Below, piece by piece: positions 1 to 10,165 of a DNA stretch of 64,000 nt. Under the pieces are notes generated by a model that ran no database searches, was not told where the DNA came from, and worked only from the letters and a program-made list of their open reading frames with translations. Every line of letters begins with the position of its first letter. The stretch's first letter is position 1. The position numbers and the translations under genes were made by a program. Source of the DNA: Halorarum halobium (GTDB taxonomy: Archaea > Halobacteriota > Halobacteria > Halobacteriales > Haloferacaceae); assembly GCF_032116555.1 (NCBI RefSeq), contig NZ_CP134949.1, positions 930,001 to 994,000 of the forward strand, in the 5' to 3' direction.

Positions 1-120
1 CGAACGGCTTCAGGTCGGTCCTCTCGTGCTTCGGCCGTGGATGGACGATGTGGGCCTCAGCGTGGACACTCCCCGATTCGATCGGCCGAGGCGTCTCCGT
101 GTCACTTGTCCTCTCCCCTG

Positions 121-157
121 CAATATATAGATGTCATAGTAGGGTATTTATGTAAAA
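121..157 (+). promoter_or_regulatory. AT-rich pst operon promoter (TATA-like TTTATGTA, upstream ATATATAG)
   Basis: AT-rich island in a ~70% GC background; TATA-like box ~25 nt before the pstS ATG, which fits a leaderless transcript. Confidence 0.6.
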
Positions 158-175
158 CTCGGCTTCGTTCGGACG

Positions 176-1189
176 ATGCCCGATACAGACGGTCGTGGCG
201 GCCTCTCCCGGCGACACGTGCTCGCGGCGGCGGGGGCTGCCGGGGCGGTCGGGATCGCTGGGTGTACCGCCGAAGCGAACCCGGACGACTCGTTCGGGCC
301 GGGCGCGTCCGCCGGGGCCGGCGACGGCGGCCTCGTCGGGAACGTCTCGATCGCCGGCTCCTCGACGGTGTTCCCGATCGCCGCCGCGGTGGCCGAGGAG
401 TTCCAGCGCGAACACCCGGGCGTGGACATCACCGTCCAGTCGACCGGCTCGGGCGGCGGCTTCGCGAACTTCTTCTGTCCGGGGAAGACCGACTTCAACA
501 ACGCCTCCCGGCCGATGGCCGAGGAGGAGAAACGGCAGTGTACCGAAAACGGCGTCGACTGGCACGAGGTCCGCGTCGCCACCGACGCCTTGACCGTCGT
601 CGTCAACAACGAGGCCGACTTCGTCGACCACCTCACCGTCGAGGAGCTCCGGCGGATCTGGAAGCCGGACCCGGTCGAGTCGTGGGCGGAGGTCCGCGAC
701 GGTTTCCCGGACGAGACCATCGAGCGCTTCGGCGCCGCCGAGACGTCCGGCACGTTCGATTACTTCACCGAGACCATCGTCGGCGAGGCGGGCTCGCACA
801 CGCAGGACTACCAGGCGACCGAGGACGACAACCAGATCGTCACCGGCGTCGCGGGCAGCCAGTACGCGATCGGCTACTTCGGGTTCGCGTTCTACCAGGG
901 CAACTCGGACACGGTGAAGGCGCTCGGCATCGACGACGGCGACGGGCCAGTCGAGCCGTCGCTCGAAACCGCACAGAGCGGCGAGTACGCCCCGCTCTCG
1001 CGGCCGCTGTTCACCTACCCCGCGCGCGACTCCATGACCGAGGAGCACGTCGCCGAGTTCGCGCGCTACTACGTCGAACAGAGCGCGAACCGCGAACTCA
1101 TCGCCGAGAGCATCGGCTACGTCCCGAACACGGACGAACAGATGCGGGAACAGCTCGACCAGCTCGACCAGTTCATCCAGCAGGCCTGA
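176..1189 (+). CDS. pstS: Phosphate ABC transporter substrate-binding lipoprotein
   Basis: Tat motif SRRHVL plus lipobox IAGC; GSSTVFP, STGSGGG and SGTFDYF PstS motifs. Confidence 0.95.
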   Translation: MPDTDGRGGLSRRHVLAAAGAAGAVGIAGCTAEANPDDSFGPGASAGAGDGGLVGNVSIAGSSTVFPIAAAVAEEFQREHPGVDITVQSTGSGGGFANFFCPGKTDFNNASRPMAEEEKRQCTENGVDWHEVRVATDALTVVVNNEADFVDHLTVEELRRIWKPDPVESWAEVRDGFPDETIERFGAAETSGTFDYFTETIVGEAGSHTQDYQATEDDNQIVTGVAGSQYAIGYFGFAFYQGNSDTVKALGIDDGDGPVEPSLETAQSGEYAPLSRPLFTYPARDSMTEEHVAEFARYYVEQSANRELIAESIGYVPNTDEQMREQLDQLDQFIQQA

Positions 1190-1289
1190 CCATGTACGAC
1201 CGACCGTCCAGGAGTAGGCGTCGACGTCGTAGCGCCCGCAAGACAACACCGCGCGTGCCGGCCGACCGGGCCGGCCCGACCCCCAGTCC

Positions 1290-2264
1290 ATGAGCACCGA
1301 ACCGACGGACATCACGGGCGCCGCCGGAACGCGCTCGCTGCGCGAACTCGCCGTCCATCTCGCGTTCCTCTGCTGTGCCGTCGTCTCCGTGCTCACCACG
1401 GTCGGGATCGTCGGCGCGCTGCTGATCGACGCCGTCGGCTTCTTCTCGAACTACCCGCTCGGCAGCTTCCTCACGGGGACGAACTGGAGTCCCGGGATCA
1501 CCCCCATCTCGTTCGGGGTGCTCCCGCTCGTGTTCGGCACGCTCGTCGTGACGATCACGTCGGCCGCGGTCGCGCTGCCGATCGGCGTCCTCACCGCGAT
1601 CTACCTCAGCGAGTACGCGAGCGAGCGGGTCCGGAGCTACCTCAAACCCGCCCTCGAGATCCTCGCCGGCGTGCCGACGATCGTGTACGGGATCCTCGCA
1701 CTCGTCTACCTGACGCCGTTCCTCCGATCGACGCTGTTCCCGAACATCTCGACGTTCAACGTGCTCTCGGCGTCGCTGATGGTCGGCATCATGATCGTCC
1801 CGATGGTCGCCTCGATCAGCGAGGACGCGATGAACGCGGTGCCGGACTCGCTCCGGCAGGCCGGCTACGGGCTCGGCGCGACGAAGTTCGAGGTCTCGAC
1901 CGGCATCGTCGTCCCCGCCGCCGTCTCGGGCATCGTCTCCTCGTTCATCCTCGCGCTCTCGCGCGCGATCGGCGAGACGATGATCGTCGTGGTCGCCAGC
2001 GGGTCGAACGCCCGGCTCCCCGCGGTCAGATACGACCAGCTCCTCGGCCTCTCGATCCCGTACGTCCACCCCGCGGACGTGTTCCTCGAACCGGCACAGC
2101 CGATGACCTCCGCGATGGTCCAGCTCGCCAGCTCAGACATCATTGGCGGATCGCTCGCGTACGACGCGCTGTTCGCCATCGGCATCACGCTGTTCGTCAT
2201 CACGCTCGCGATGAACGTCGTCAGTGAACTCGTCGTCCGGCGCTACCGGGAGGAGTACCAATGA
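1290..2264 (+). CDS. pstC: Phosphate ABC transporter permease
   Basis: LEILAGVPTIVYG, SRAIGETM; position in operon. Confidence 0.95.
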   Translation: MSTEPTDITGAAGTRSLRELAVHLAFLCCAVVSVLTTVGIVGALLIDAVGFFSNYPLGSFLTGTNWSPGITPISFGVLPLVFGTLVVTITSAAVALPIGVLTAIYLSEYASERVRSYLKPALEILAGVPTIVYGILALVYLTPFLRSTLFPNISTFNVLSASLMVGIMIVPMVASISEDAMNAVPDSLRQAGYGLGATKFEVSTGIVVPAAVSGIVSSFILALSRAIGETMIVVVASGSNARLPAVRYDQLLGLSIPYVHPADVFLEPAQPMTSAMVQLASSDIIGGSLAYDALFAIGITLFVITLAMNVVSELVVRRYREEYQ

Positions 2265-3883
2265 CTGCCGACTCGACGGCGACGGTCGACTCGACCGCGG
2301 CCGGCGACACGGACTTCGGCGAGGTGAGCCGCCTGAAGGGGGTCGCGTTCGAGTACCTCACGCTGGGCGCCTCGCTCGTCGGCATTGTCGCGCTCGCGGT
2401 GTTGCTCGGCTACGTCGCCGCCGACGCGATCGGCGTCGGCGCGGCAGACCCGGCGTGGTTCCCCGTCGTTCTCCTCGCGCTCGCCGCCCCGACGCTCGGG
2501 TTCCTGTGGTACGCGGCCCGGACGCCGGACGTCCTCGACGTGATCGAGGGACTCTCCGTCAGGGTCGTCGGCGGCCTCGAACTCGCGGTCGCGCTCGTCG
2601 TCCTGTTCGTCGTCACCGACGTCCAGTTCCTGTTCCTGCTCTACACGGTCGGGGTCCTCCCCGCCGCGGGGCTGTACCTCTACGGCCGCGCCACGGACGA
2701 CTCCCGCGTCGACTTCCCGGTGCCCCTGGCCGTCCTCGCCGTCGGCCTGCTCGCCGGCTACCTGCTGAAGGGGCCGATCGACACGTACCCGCTCGACTCG
2801 CTCATCGGGCTCTGGATGCTGGGCGTCCCCGTCGCGGCCTCCCTCGGGGCGCGCTGGCGGGCGCGGGCCGGCACCGCCGTCGGCCTGGTCGTCGGCGTCG
2901 GCGTGCTCGCGGGCGCGGCCGCCGCGGGGTACGGGCTCGCCGCCGCGTCCGGGCTCGGTCCGGAGGTCGGCGTCGTGCTCGCGCTCACGCCCGGCGCGTT
3001 CCTGCTCTCGTACGCAGGGGAGGTCGCGCTGGACGAGCCGGTCGGTCGGCGGGGGCTGCTGTTCCCGGTCGCCGTGCTCGTCGGCCTGCTCGCGGGACGG
3101 CTCCTCGTCTCGGCGCTCGGACTCGCCGGGCCGGAGCCGTGGATCGACTGGGGCTTTCTCACCAGCGCGCCCTCGCGGTTCGCGGAACAGGCGGGGCTCT
3201 ACCCCGCGATCATCGGCTCGGTGTTCATCATCTCGCTCGTCGCGATGTTCTCGTTCGTCTTCGGGGTCGGCTGTGCGGTGTACCTCGAGGAGTACGCGCC
3301 CGAGTCGGGCTACGGCGGGATGGTCACGAACGTCGTGCAGGTGAACATCTCGAACCTGGCGGGGGTCCCATCGGTGGTGTACGGGCTGCTCGGGCTCGGC
3401 ATCTTCGTGAACCTCGTCGGGCTCGGGTTCGGCATCGTCCTCGTCGCGGCGATGACGCTGTCGCTGCTCATCCTGCCGATCGTCATCATCTCCGCACAGG
3501 AGGCGATCCGGTCGGTGCCCGACTCCCAGCGACAGGCCGCCTACGGCATGGGCGCGACGCGGTGGCAGACGGTGAAGTCGGTCGTCATCCCCGAGGCGCT
3601 CCCGGGCATCCTAACGGGCTCGATCCTGGCGCTCGGCCGCGCCATCGGGGAGACGGCGCCGCTCATCATCATTGGGCTGCCGACGACGATCTTCGCCGCG
3701 CCGACGGGGCTCTTCCAGAAGGGCGCGGCGATGCCGATGCAGATCTACGGCTGGGCGTTCCTCCCGGAGGAGGCGTTCCGGGAGGGCGTGCTCGCGGCCG
3801 GCGTGGTGACCCTGATGGTCGTGCTGCTCTCGATCAACTCGGTCGCCATCTACGTGCGGAACAACTATCAGCGGGGTTCCTAG
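2261..3883 (+). CDS. pstA: Phosphate ABC transporter permease with extended N-terminal TM region
   Basis: NLAGVPSVVYG, GRAIGETAPL; ATGA overlap with pstC. Confidence 0.95.
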   Translation: MTADSTATVDSTAAGDTDFGEVSRLKGVAFEYLTLGASLVGIVALAVLLGYVAADAIGVGAADPAWFPVVLLALAAPTLGFLWYAARTPDVLDVIEGLSVRVVGGLELAVALVVLFVVTDVQFLFLLYTVGVLPAAGLYLYGRATDDSRVDFPVPLAVLAVGLLAGYLLKGPIDTYPLDSLIGLWMLGVPVAASLGARWRARAGTAVGLVVGVGVLAGAAAAGYGLAAASGLGPEVGVVLALTPGAFLLSYAGEVALDEPVGRRGLLFPVAVLVGLLAGRLLVSALGLAGPEPWIDWGFLTSAPSRFAEQAGLYPAIIGSVFIISLVAMFSFVFGVGCAVYLEEYAPESGYGGMVTNVVQVNISNLAGVPSVVYGLLGLGIFVNLVGLGFGIVLVAAMTLSLLILPIVIISAQEAIRSVPDSQRQAAYGMGATRWQTVKSVVIPEALPGILTGSILALGRAIGETAPLIIIGLPTTIFAAPTGLFQKGAAMPMQIYGWAFLPEEAFREGVLAAGVVTLMVVLLSINSVAIYVRNNYQRGS

Positions 3884-3886
3884 ACC

Positions 3887-4747
3887 ATGAACGACGACAT
3901 GACGACTTCCGAGACGGGATCGGACGAGCAACTGATCGAGACCGACCCGGGGATGGGCGGGCTCAGCGAGCAGGAGGGGTCCGCGCCGGACGCGGCGTCG
4001 ACGGTCATCGAGAGCCGAAACCTGAGCGTCTGGTACGACGACGATCAGGCGCTCCGGGACGTCTCGATGGAGATTCCCGAAAAGCAGGTGACGGCGATGA
4101 TCGGCCCGTCCGGCTGTGGGAAGTCGACGTACCTGCGCTGTATCAACCGGATGAACGATCTCATCGACGCCGCGCGCGTCGAGGGCGACCTGCTGTTCGA
4201 CGGGAAGAACGTCTACGACGACGACGTCGACCCGGTCGCGCTGCGGCGCCGCATCGGGATGGTGTTCCAGCAGCCGAACCCGTTCCCCAAGAGCATCTAC
4301 GACAACGTCGCCTACGGCCTGCGGGTCCAGGACAGGACCGAGAACCTCGACGAGCAGGTCGAGCAGGCGCTCAGGCGGTCGGCGCTCTGGGACGAGGTGA
4401 AAGACCAGCTCGACGGCTCCGGGCTCGACCTCTCGGGCGGCCAGCAACAGCGGCTCTGTATCGCCCGCGCCATCGCGGCCGACCCCGAGGTCATCCTCAT
4501 GGACGAGCCCGCGAGCGCGCTCGACCCGGTGGCGACCTCGAAGATCGAGGACCTCATCGACGACCTGAGCGAGCAGTACACGGTCGTCATCGTCACCCAC
4601 AACATGCAGCAGGCGGCCCGCATCTCGGACAAGACCGCCGTGTTCCTCACCGGTGGGGAACTCGTGGAGTTCGACGACACGAACGAGATCTTCGAGAACC
4701 CCGAGTCCGAGCGCGTCGAGGACTACATCACCGGCAAGTTCGGCTGA
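3887..4747 (+). CDS. pstB: Phosphate ABC transporter ATP-binding protein
   Basis: [19 protein letters not shown]-terminal YITGKFG. Confidence 0.97.
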   Translation: MNDDMTTSETGSDEQLIETDPGMGGLSEQEGSAPDAASTVIESRNLSVWYDDDQALRDVSMEIPEKQVTAMIGPSGCGKSTYLRCINRMNDLIDAARVEGDLLFDGKNVYDDDVDPVALRRRIGMVFQQPNPFPKSIYDNVAYGLRVQDRTENLDEQVEQALRRSALWDEVKDQLDGSGLDLSGGQQQRLCIARAIAADPEVILMDEPASALDPVATSKIEDLIDDLSEQYTVVIVTHNMQQAARISDKTAVFLTGGELVEFDDTNEIFENPESERVEDYITGKFG

Positions 4748-4815
4748 ACGTCGGCCGCTTCCGCTGCTCGGAGCCCAGTCCCCCGACCACGTCAACGCCC
4801 CCTTCTCGGACTGGA

Positions 4816-5943
4816 TCAGCCACCGTCAGCCGTGCCGTTCTCGGTCGCGGTCGCCGGTTCGTCGGTCGGCTCCGTCGCCGTCATCGTCGCCCCGTCGTCC
4901 GCCTCCACGCTCCGTGCGGCCACGTCGATGCCCTCGTCGTCGACCGCCAGGACCACCGGTCCGACGGGCGGACAGTCCGGTAGTTCGTAGTGGGCCCATA
5001 CCCCGCCCGACTCGATCCGGACGACGTGCTCGCCTGCCGGCGGGACCACAGCGCGGAACGCGCGTATCGCCCCCGGTTCGACGTTCGTCCGGCGGGTGAA
5101 CGCGGTCCGGCCGTCCGCTCGGACGATCACCTCGGCCGCCCAGTCGGTCACGGTCCGGTTCTCGACCCGGAGGCTCCGGAACAGCGTGTCACAGACGAAC
5201 CGCGGGGGGTCGACGAGCAGCGGGAGCGGGCCGTCGGCCCGCGGGTGCCACGTCGCGGACGCGTCCCGCCCCCCGACGGTCGCGGCGACCTCGACTTCGT
5301 CGGCCGGCACCGTCACTGGGAGCCGCACGCGGGACCGCGGCGGGACGTCGAGCGTGACGCCGCCGAACCCGTCGCCGTTCGAGAACGCGACCCGCGCCGG
5401 GGTCACCTCGCCGGGGTTGTCGAGGACGAGCGGGAACCACGTATCAGCCGGCCCATCTCGGATGACGCCGGTGTCGCCGGTGAGCAGGCGGGTCGAGGCG
5501 TCGATGTCGAACGCCTCGCGGACCGAGACGTCGTCCCCGAATCCGATCCGGAGGGCGCTGCCACGTCTGCCGGGCTCCCACTCGAACGCCCGGGCGTGGC
5601 CGGCTGACGTGGTGACGGCGGCCTCGTAGCTTCGGTCGGCGGGCAGGACGTCGAACCGGTGGGCCGTCATCGCCGGGGCGAGCCGTGGATCCGCCCGCAG
5701 GACCGTCTCCCCGTCGCTCACGACCTCCAGTTGCGTCTCCAGCGCATGGTGGGTGTCGTTCGCCAGCAGGACGGTCCGTGAGCCGCCCGTCGGCGGTGCC
5801 GACGCCGTCGGCTCCGCGGTCGGACTCGGGGTCGGGGCGGGCGTCCCCCGGAGGTCGGGGGCGACGGTCCGCGCTCCCCCGGAGCCGTCGCTACAGCCGG
5901 CCACCCCCGCCAGCGCGGCCGCGAGGAACGAGCGCCTGTCCAT
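4816..5943 (-). CDS. Hypothetical Tat-exported lipoprotein with beta-rich domains
   Basis: MDRRSFLAAALAGVAGC twin-arginine signal and lipobox; Pro/Thr linker; start reassigned to ATG at 5943. Confidence 0.8.
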   Translation of the reverse strand: MDRRSFLAAALAGVAGCSDGSGGARTVAPDLRGTPAPTPSPTAEPTASAPPTGGSRTVLLANDTHHALETQLEVVSDGETVLRADPRLAPAMTAHRFDVLPADRSYEAAVTTSAGHARAFEWEPGRRGSALRIGFGDDVSVREAFDIDASTRLLTGDTGVIRDGPADTWFPLVLDNPGEVTPARVAFSNGDGFGGVTLDVPPRSRVRLPVTVPADEVEVAATVGGRDASATWHPRADGPLPLLVDPPRFVCDTLFRSLRVENRTVTDWAAEVIVRADGRTAFTRRTNVEPGAIRAFRAVVPPAGEHVVRIESGGVWAHYELPDCPPVGPVVLAVDDEGIDVAARSVEADDGATMTATEPTDEPATATENGTADGG

Positions 5944-6114
5944 GCCGGTGGCTCGCCCGCCCGGCACAAAGAACCAGCACGTGAGTCCGGCGCGACCCCG
6001 ACGGACGTGCCCCGACGCGGTCGGTACGGGCTCCCGAGCGCTACTGTGAGTGTGGTACCCGAACCGGACGGTCTGAGGGTAACGCTTACCCGCCACCCAA
6101 CGGGAGTGGCACGT

Positions 6115-6789
6115 ATGCCCCGAAAGCAGTACCAGGAACGGCTCGCGGAGCTCCGCGAGGACGTGCTCTACATGAGCGAACTGGTCGCCGAGCGCCTCCG
6201 GATGGGCATGGACGCGCTCGAACAGAAGGACGAGGCGCTCGCCCAGGAGGTCATCGAGAAGGACGCCGAGGTGAACCAGCTCTACCTCGAACTCGAACAG
6301 GACTGCGTGGACCTGCTGGCGCTCCAGCAGCCCGTCGCGGGCGACCTGCGCTTCATCGCGGCGTCGTTCAAGATCATCACGGACCTGGAGCGCATCGGCG
6401 ACCTGGCGACGAACCTCGGGGGGTACACCCTCGAGGCCCACCGGGACGTGTTCCCGGACGTCGACGTCCAGCGCATCGGCGAGGCGACCCTCGACATGCT
6501 CGAGGACGCGATGGACGCCTTCGCCGACGAGGACGCGGCCGCCTGCTACGAGGTGTCCGACGCGGACGACACCGTCGACGAGATGTGCGAGGTGGCCAGT
6601 TCCGCGGTCGTGCGTGACCTCATCGAGCGCGAGGGCGTCGACTCCGAGGAGGACGTCGAGGACGTCATGGCGGACGTCTCGCGGCTCCTGTTGACGATCC
6701 GGGACCTCGAACGTGTCGGCGACCACGCGGTCAACATCGCGGCGCGGACGCTCTACATGCTAGAGAACGACGACGAACTCATCTACTGA
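6115..6789 (+). CDS. phoU: Phosphate signalling complex protein PhoU
   Basis: QPVAGDLR, DLERIGD and DLERVGDHAVNIA repeats. Confidence 0.95.
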   Translation: MPRKQYQERLAELREDVLYMSELVAERLRMGMDALEQKDEALAQEVIEKDAEVNQLYLELEQDCVDLLALQQPVAGDLRFIAASFKIITDLERIGDLATNLGGYTLEAHRDVFPDVDVQRIGEATLDMLEDAMDAFADEDAAACYEVSDADDTVDEMCEVASSAVVRDLIEREGVDSEEDVEDVMADVSRLLLTIRDLERVGDHAVNIAARTLYMLENDDELIY

Positions 6790-6804
6790 CGAACCGCTTC
6801 GCAC

Positions 6805-6974
6805 GAACCCCTTTTGCGGGGGTCCTGACCTGAACCTCTTTTGCGGGGGGCATGTCCTCGCGCGTCGGCTTCGCCGACGCGCTGCGGCCAGATCCCCCGC
6901 AAAACCCGTTCATGCCAAAACGCCGCGAGCGAGGGAGCGAAGCGACCGCTGCTCGCGGCACGGACGCTGGTGCA
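6805..6974 (-). repeat. Palindromic intergenic repeat, family A, copy 1
   Basis: Reverse complement aligns with 7407-7642 and 31961-32116 (TGCACCAGCGTC...TTTTGGCATGAACGGGTTTTGCGGGGG...CCCCCGCAAAAGAGGTTC). Confidence 0.9.
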
Positions 6975-7406
6975 AACCGCATCCGGCTGTTCGGCTACGT
7001 TGGCCCCTGAATCTCATCCTGTTTGACGCGTTCAGTTGGTCTGTCACGTCCTCCGAACGACCAGAGCGAGCAGTGTAGTTCGAGGTCGAACCTCCTCGAA
7101 ACCCGCCACTGGCGGGTTCTGAGTATCGGAGGTGTTTTGTAGCGACGGGCGGGAGTACTGGTAGGCGGCACGGTCAGACGGCACCTTTCAGCCCACATGG
7201 CTTCCATGTGTGGTCACATCGCCGACTGACCTACCCCGTCTCTCTACTACTCACGAGCGGCTGCTACGGCGGTCCAGGAAACACCTGACTGGGCCGATAG
7301 TACGCTACTGCACTCAACGGTCGTTTTCATCGAACTGTACCGAGTCGAGACGTACGACGACATCGATCCGATCGGCGAGGTTGCGACTCTCGGTGCAGGC
7401 GGTAAC

Positions 7407-7642
7407 CACCAGCGTCCGTACCGCGAGCGAGGGAGGCGCGGCGAAGCCGCGCCGACCGTGGCTCGCGGCCTTTTGGCAGTACGGGAAATCGAAGATTTCC
7501 CGTCAGCAGTGGGATTCCACAGGAATCCCACAGCATGAACGGGTTTTGCGGGGGTTCGACGAACGCGGGCCGGCTCTGCCGGCCCGCGAGAGGAGGACCC
7601 CCGCAAAAGAGGTTCAGGTCAGGACCCCCGCAAAAGAGGTTC
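7407..7642 (+). repeat. Palindromic intergenic repeat, family A, copy 2 (with 57-bp twin-hairpin insert)
   Basis: 45-bp end 7598-7642 is the inverted copy of 6805-6849 with 1 mismatch. Confidence 0.9.
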
Positions 7643-9867
7643 TATTGGAACCCGATCCGCCCGCCCTGGTCCCTGCGGAGCGAGTCCGTCCCGCCGCCCT
7701 TGAACTGCTCCTCGATGCCCTCGTAGTAGCTGAGGATGTCCTCGGAGATGGTCGGCCGGACGTTCTCCATCGCCTGCCGGAAGTGTCGCATGCCGACCTC
7801 CTCGGCGTCGTCGTCCTCGCGGAGCGCCTCGATGGCGGACTCGCGGGCGATCGATTCGAGGTCGGAGCCGACGTAGCCGTCGGTGATCTCGGCGAGTTCG
7901 CGGAGGCTCACGTCGGCGGCCAGCGGCGTGTCGTCGGTGTGGATCTTGAGGATCTGCTCGCGCCCCTCCTCGTCGGGCTGGCCGATCATCACGAGGCGGT
8001 CGAACCGGCCCGAGCGGATGAGCGCCGGGTCGATCATGTCCGGGCGGTTCGTCGCGCCGATGACCATCACGTCACCCATCTCCTCCAGCCCGTCGAGTTC
8101 GGTCAGGAGCTGGTTCACGACGCGCTCGGAGACGTTGTTGCCCATCTCCTGCCCCCGACTCGGTGCGAGGCTGTCCAGTTCGTCGAAGAAGATGATCGTC
8201 GGCGACACCTGGCGGGCCTTCCGGAACGTCTGCCGGATCGCCTTCTCGGACTCGCCGACCCACTTCGAGAGGAGCTGTGGCCCCCTGACGGAGATGAAGT
8301 TCGCGTTCGTCTCGTTGGCGACGGCCTTCGCCATCAGCGTCTTGCCCGTGCCGGGCGGGCCGTACAGCAGGACGCCCTTGGGCGCCTCGACGCCCATGCG
8401 CTGGAACTTCTCGGGGTCCGAGAGCGGCCACTCCACGGCCTCTTTCACCTTCTGCTTGGGGTCCTCCAGCCCGCCGACGTCGTCCCAGGTGATCTTCGGG
8501 AGTTCGACGAGCACCTCGCGCATCGCGGACGGCTCGACGTCCGCGAGCGCGCCGTGGAAGTCGTCCCGCTTGACGATCATCCGGTCGATGAGGCTCGGCG
8601 GGATGTCCTCCTCGTCGAGGTCGATCTCGGGGAGGTACCGGCGGAGCGCCTTCATCGCCGCCTCCTTCGTCAGGCTCTCGATGTCGGCGCCGACGAAGCC
8701 GTGCGTCTCGTCCGCCAGCCGGTCGAGGTCCACGTCGTCCGAGAGCGGCATCCCGCGGGTGTGGATCTGGAGCACCTCCTTCCGGCCCGACTCGTCGGGC
8801 ACGCCGATCTCGATCTCCCGGTCGAACCGACCCGGGCGTCGGAGCGCCGGGTCGACCGAGTCGACGCGGTTCGTCGCCGCGATGACGATGACCTGGCCGC
8901 GCGTCTCCAGCCCGTCCATCATCGTCAACAGCTGTGCGACGACGCGCCGCTCGACCTCGCCGGTGACGTCCTCCCGCTTGGGCGCGATGGAGTCGAGTTC
9001 GTCGATGAAGATGATGGCAGGCGACTCCTCCTTCGCGTCCTCGAAGATCTCCCGGAGCTGCTGTTCGGACTCGCCGTAGTACTTCGAGATGATCTCGGGG
9101 CCGGCGATGGAGAAGAACGAGGCGCTCGTCTCGTTGGCGACCGCCTTCGCCAGCAGCGTCTTCCCGGTGCCGGGCGGGCCGTGGAGCAGCACGCCCTGTG
9201 GCGGCTCGATGCCGAGCTTCTGGAAGATCTGCGGGTGCTTCATCGGGAGTTCGACCATCTCCCGGACCCGCTGGATCTCGCCCTGGAGGCCGCCGATGTC
9301 CTCGTAGGTGATCCCGCCGCCGGTCTTCTCGAACCCGGAGATGGGCTCCTCGCGGAGTTCGACCTCGGTGTCCTCTGTGATGAGGACGACGTCCTCGGGT
9401 TCGGTGTCGACCGCGATGAGGGGGATCGCCTGGCCCGGCGAGCGCATGAACGGGTGGTTCGTGCTCGACATCACCGGCACGATGTCGCGCTCGACGACGG
9501 GACGCTTGAGGATCTGGCGTTTCACCATCCCCGCCGCGTCGGAGCCGAACTGGACCGACGCCTCCTCGGGCGGCGCGAGCGTGAGGCTCTCGGCCTTCTG
9601 GGCCTCCGCCTTGCGAATCGTCACCCGTTCGCCGATGCCGACGTCGGCGTTCTGGCGTGTGAAGCCGTCGATGCGGACCGTGTCCGTGTTCCAGTCCTGC
9701 CGGTCGGCACGCCACACCTTCGCCGCGGTGGTCTCGGCACCCTCGATCTCGATGATGTCGCCGGGGGAGAGCTTCAGGTGGAGCAGCGTGTCGGGGTCGA
9801 GACGCGCGATGCCGCGCCCCGAGTCGTTCGGGTAAGCCTTCGCAACTTCGAGTTGGACTTCGTTCAT
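7642..9867 (-). CDS. cdc48: CDC48/VCP family AAA+ ATPase (CdcH type)
   Basis: Two AAA modules (GPPGTGKT twice, RRPGRFDRE); N-terminal double-psi barrel; 741 aa from ATG 9867. Confidence 0.97.
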   Translation of the reverse strand: MNEVQLEVAKAYPNDSGRGIARLDPDTLLHLKLSPGDIIEIEGAETTAAKVWRADRQDWNTDTVRIDGFTRQNADVGIGERVTIRKAEAQKAESLTLAPPEEASVQFGSDAAGMVKRQILKRPVVERDIVPVMSSTNHPFMRSPGQAIPLIAVDTEPEDVVLITEDTEVELREEPISGFEKTGGGITYEDIGGLQGEIQRVREMVELPMKHPQIFQKLGIEPPQGVLLHGPPGTGKTLLAKAVANETSASFFSIAGPEIISKYYGESEQQLREIFEDAKEESPAIIFIDELDSIAPKREDVTGEVERRVVAQLLTMMDGLETRGQVIVIAATNRVDSVDPALRRPGRFDREIEIGVPDESGRKEVLQIHTRGMPLSDDVDLDRLADETHGFVGADIESLTKEAAMKALRRYLPEIDLDEEDIPPSLIDRMIVKRDDFHGALADVEPSAMREVLVELPKITWDDVGGLEDPKQKVKEAVEWPLSDPEKFQRMGVEAPKGVLLYGPPGTGKTLMAKAVANETNANFISVRGPQLLSKWVGESEKAIRQTFRKARQVSPTIIFFDELDSLAPSRGQEMGNNVSERVVNQLLTELDGLEEMGDVMVIGATNRPDMIDPALIRSGRFDRLVMIGQPDEEGREQILKIHTDDTPLAADVSLRELAEITDGYVGSDLESIARESAIEALREDDDAEEVGMRHFRQAMENVRPTISEDILSYYEGIEEQFKGGGTDSLRRDQGGRIGFQ

Positions 9868-10165
9868 GAGTTGGGGGACGGGGTGTTCGTGTGGGCAGTT
9901 ACCGGCGCGTTCGCGGTTAAGTGCTTTGCTACCGCCGCTCGCCGTCCGTTCTCGCCGATCCGTGCCACTATGTAACACGGTAGGTGGCGGGGCTTGAAAA
10001 CACCACCGGGTGGCCGATGACGGGCGGCAGACGCCGGACGGACGGCCCTGGACGGACGACCCCGGACGGAGGTGGGCCACCCGGTCTCCGAACACGGCGG
10101 CGGCGGCGCGACGGGGAACGGCCGCAGGCGGTACCGCCTTTACCCCCGCACCCCGAGGTGGAGGT

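Noticed and set aside
2224..4983. 919-aa Arg-rich ORF
   Set aside because: Alternative frame of pstA/pstB; Arg/Gly/Pro-rich, unlike acidic haloarchaeal proteins
6995..7207. 70-aa ORF in the lower-GC core
   Set aside because: Basic composition, atypical codons, no motif; not supportable as a gene
7210..9975. 921-aa plus-strand ORF
   Set aside because: Antisense shadow of cdc48 extended through repeat DNA
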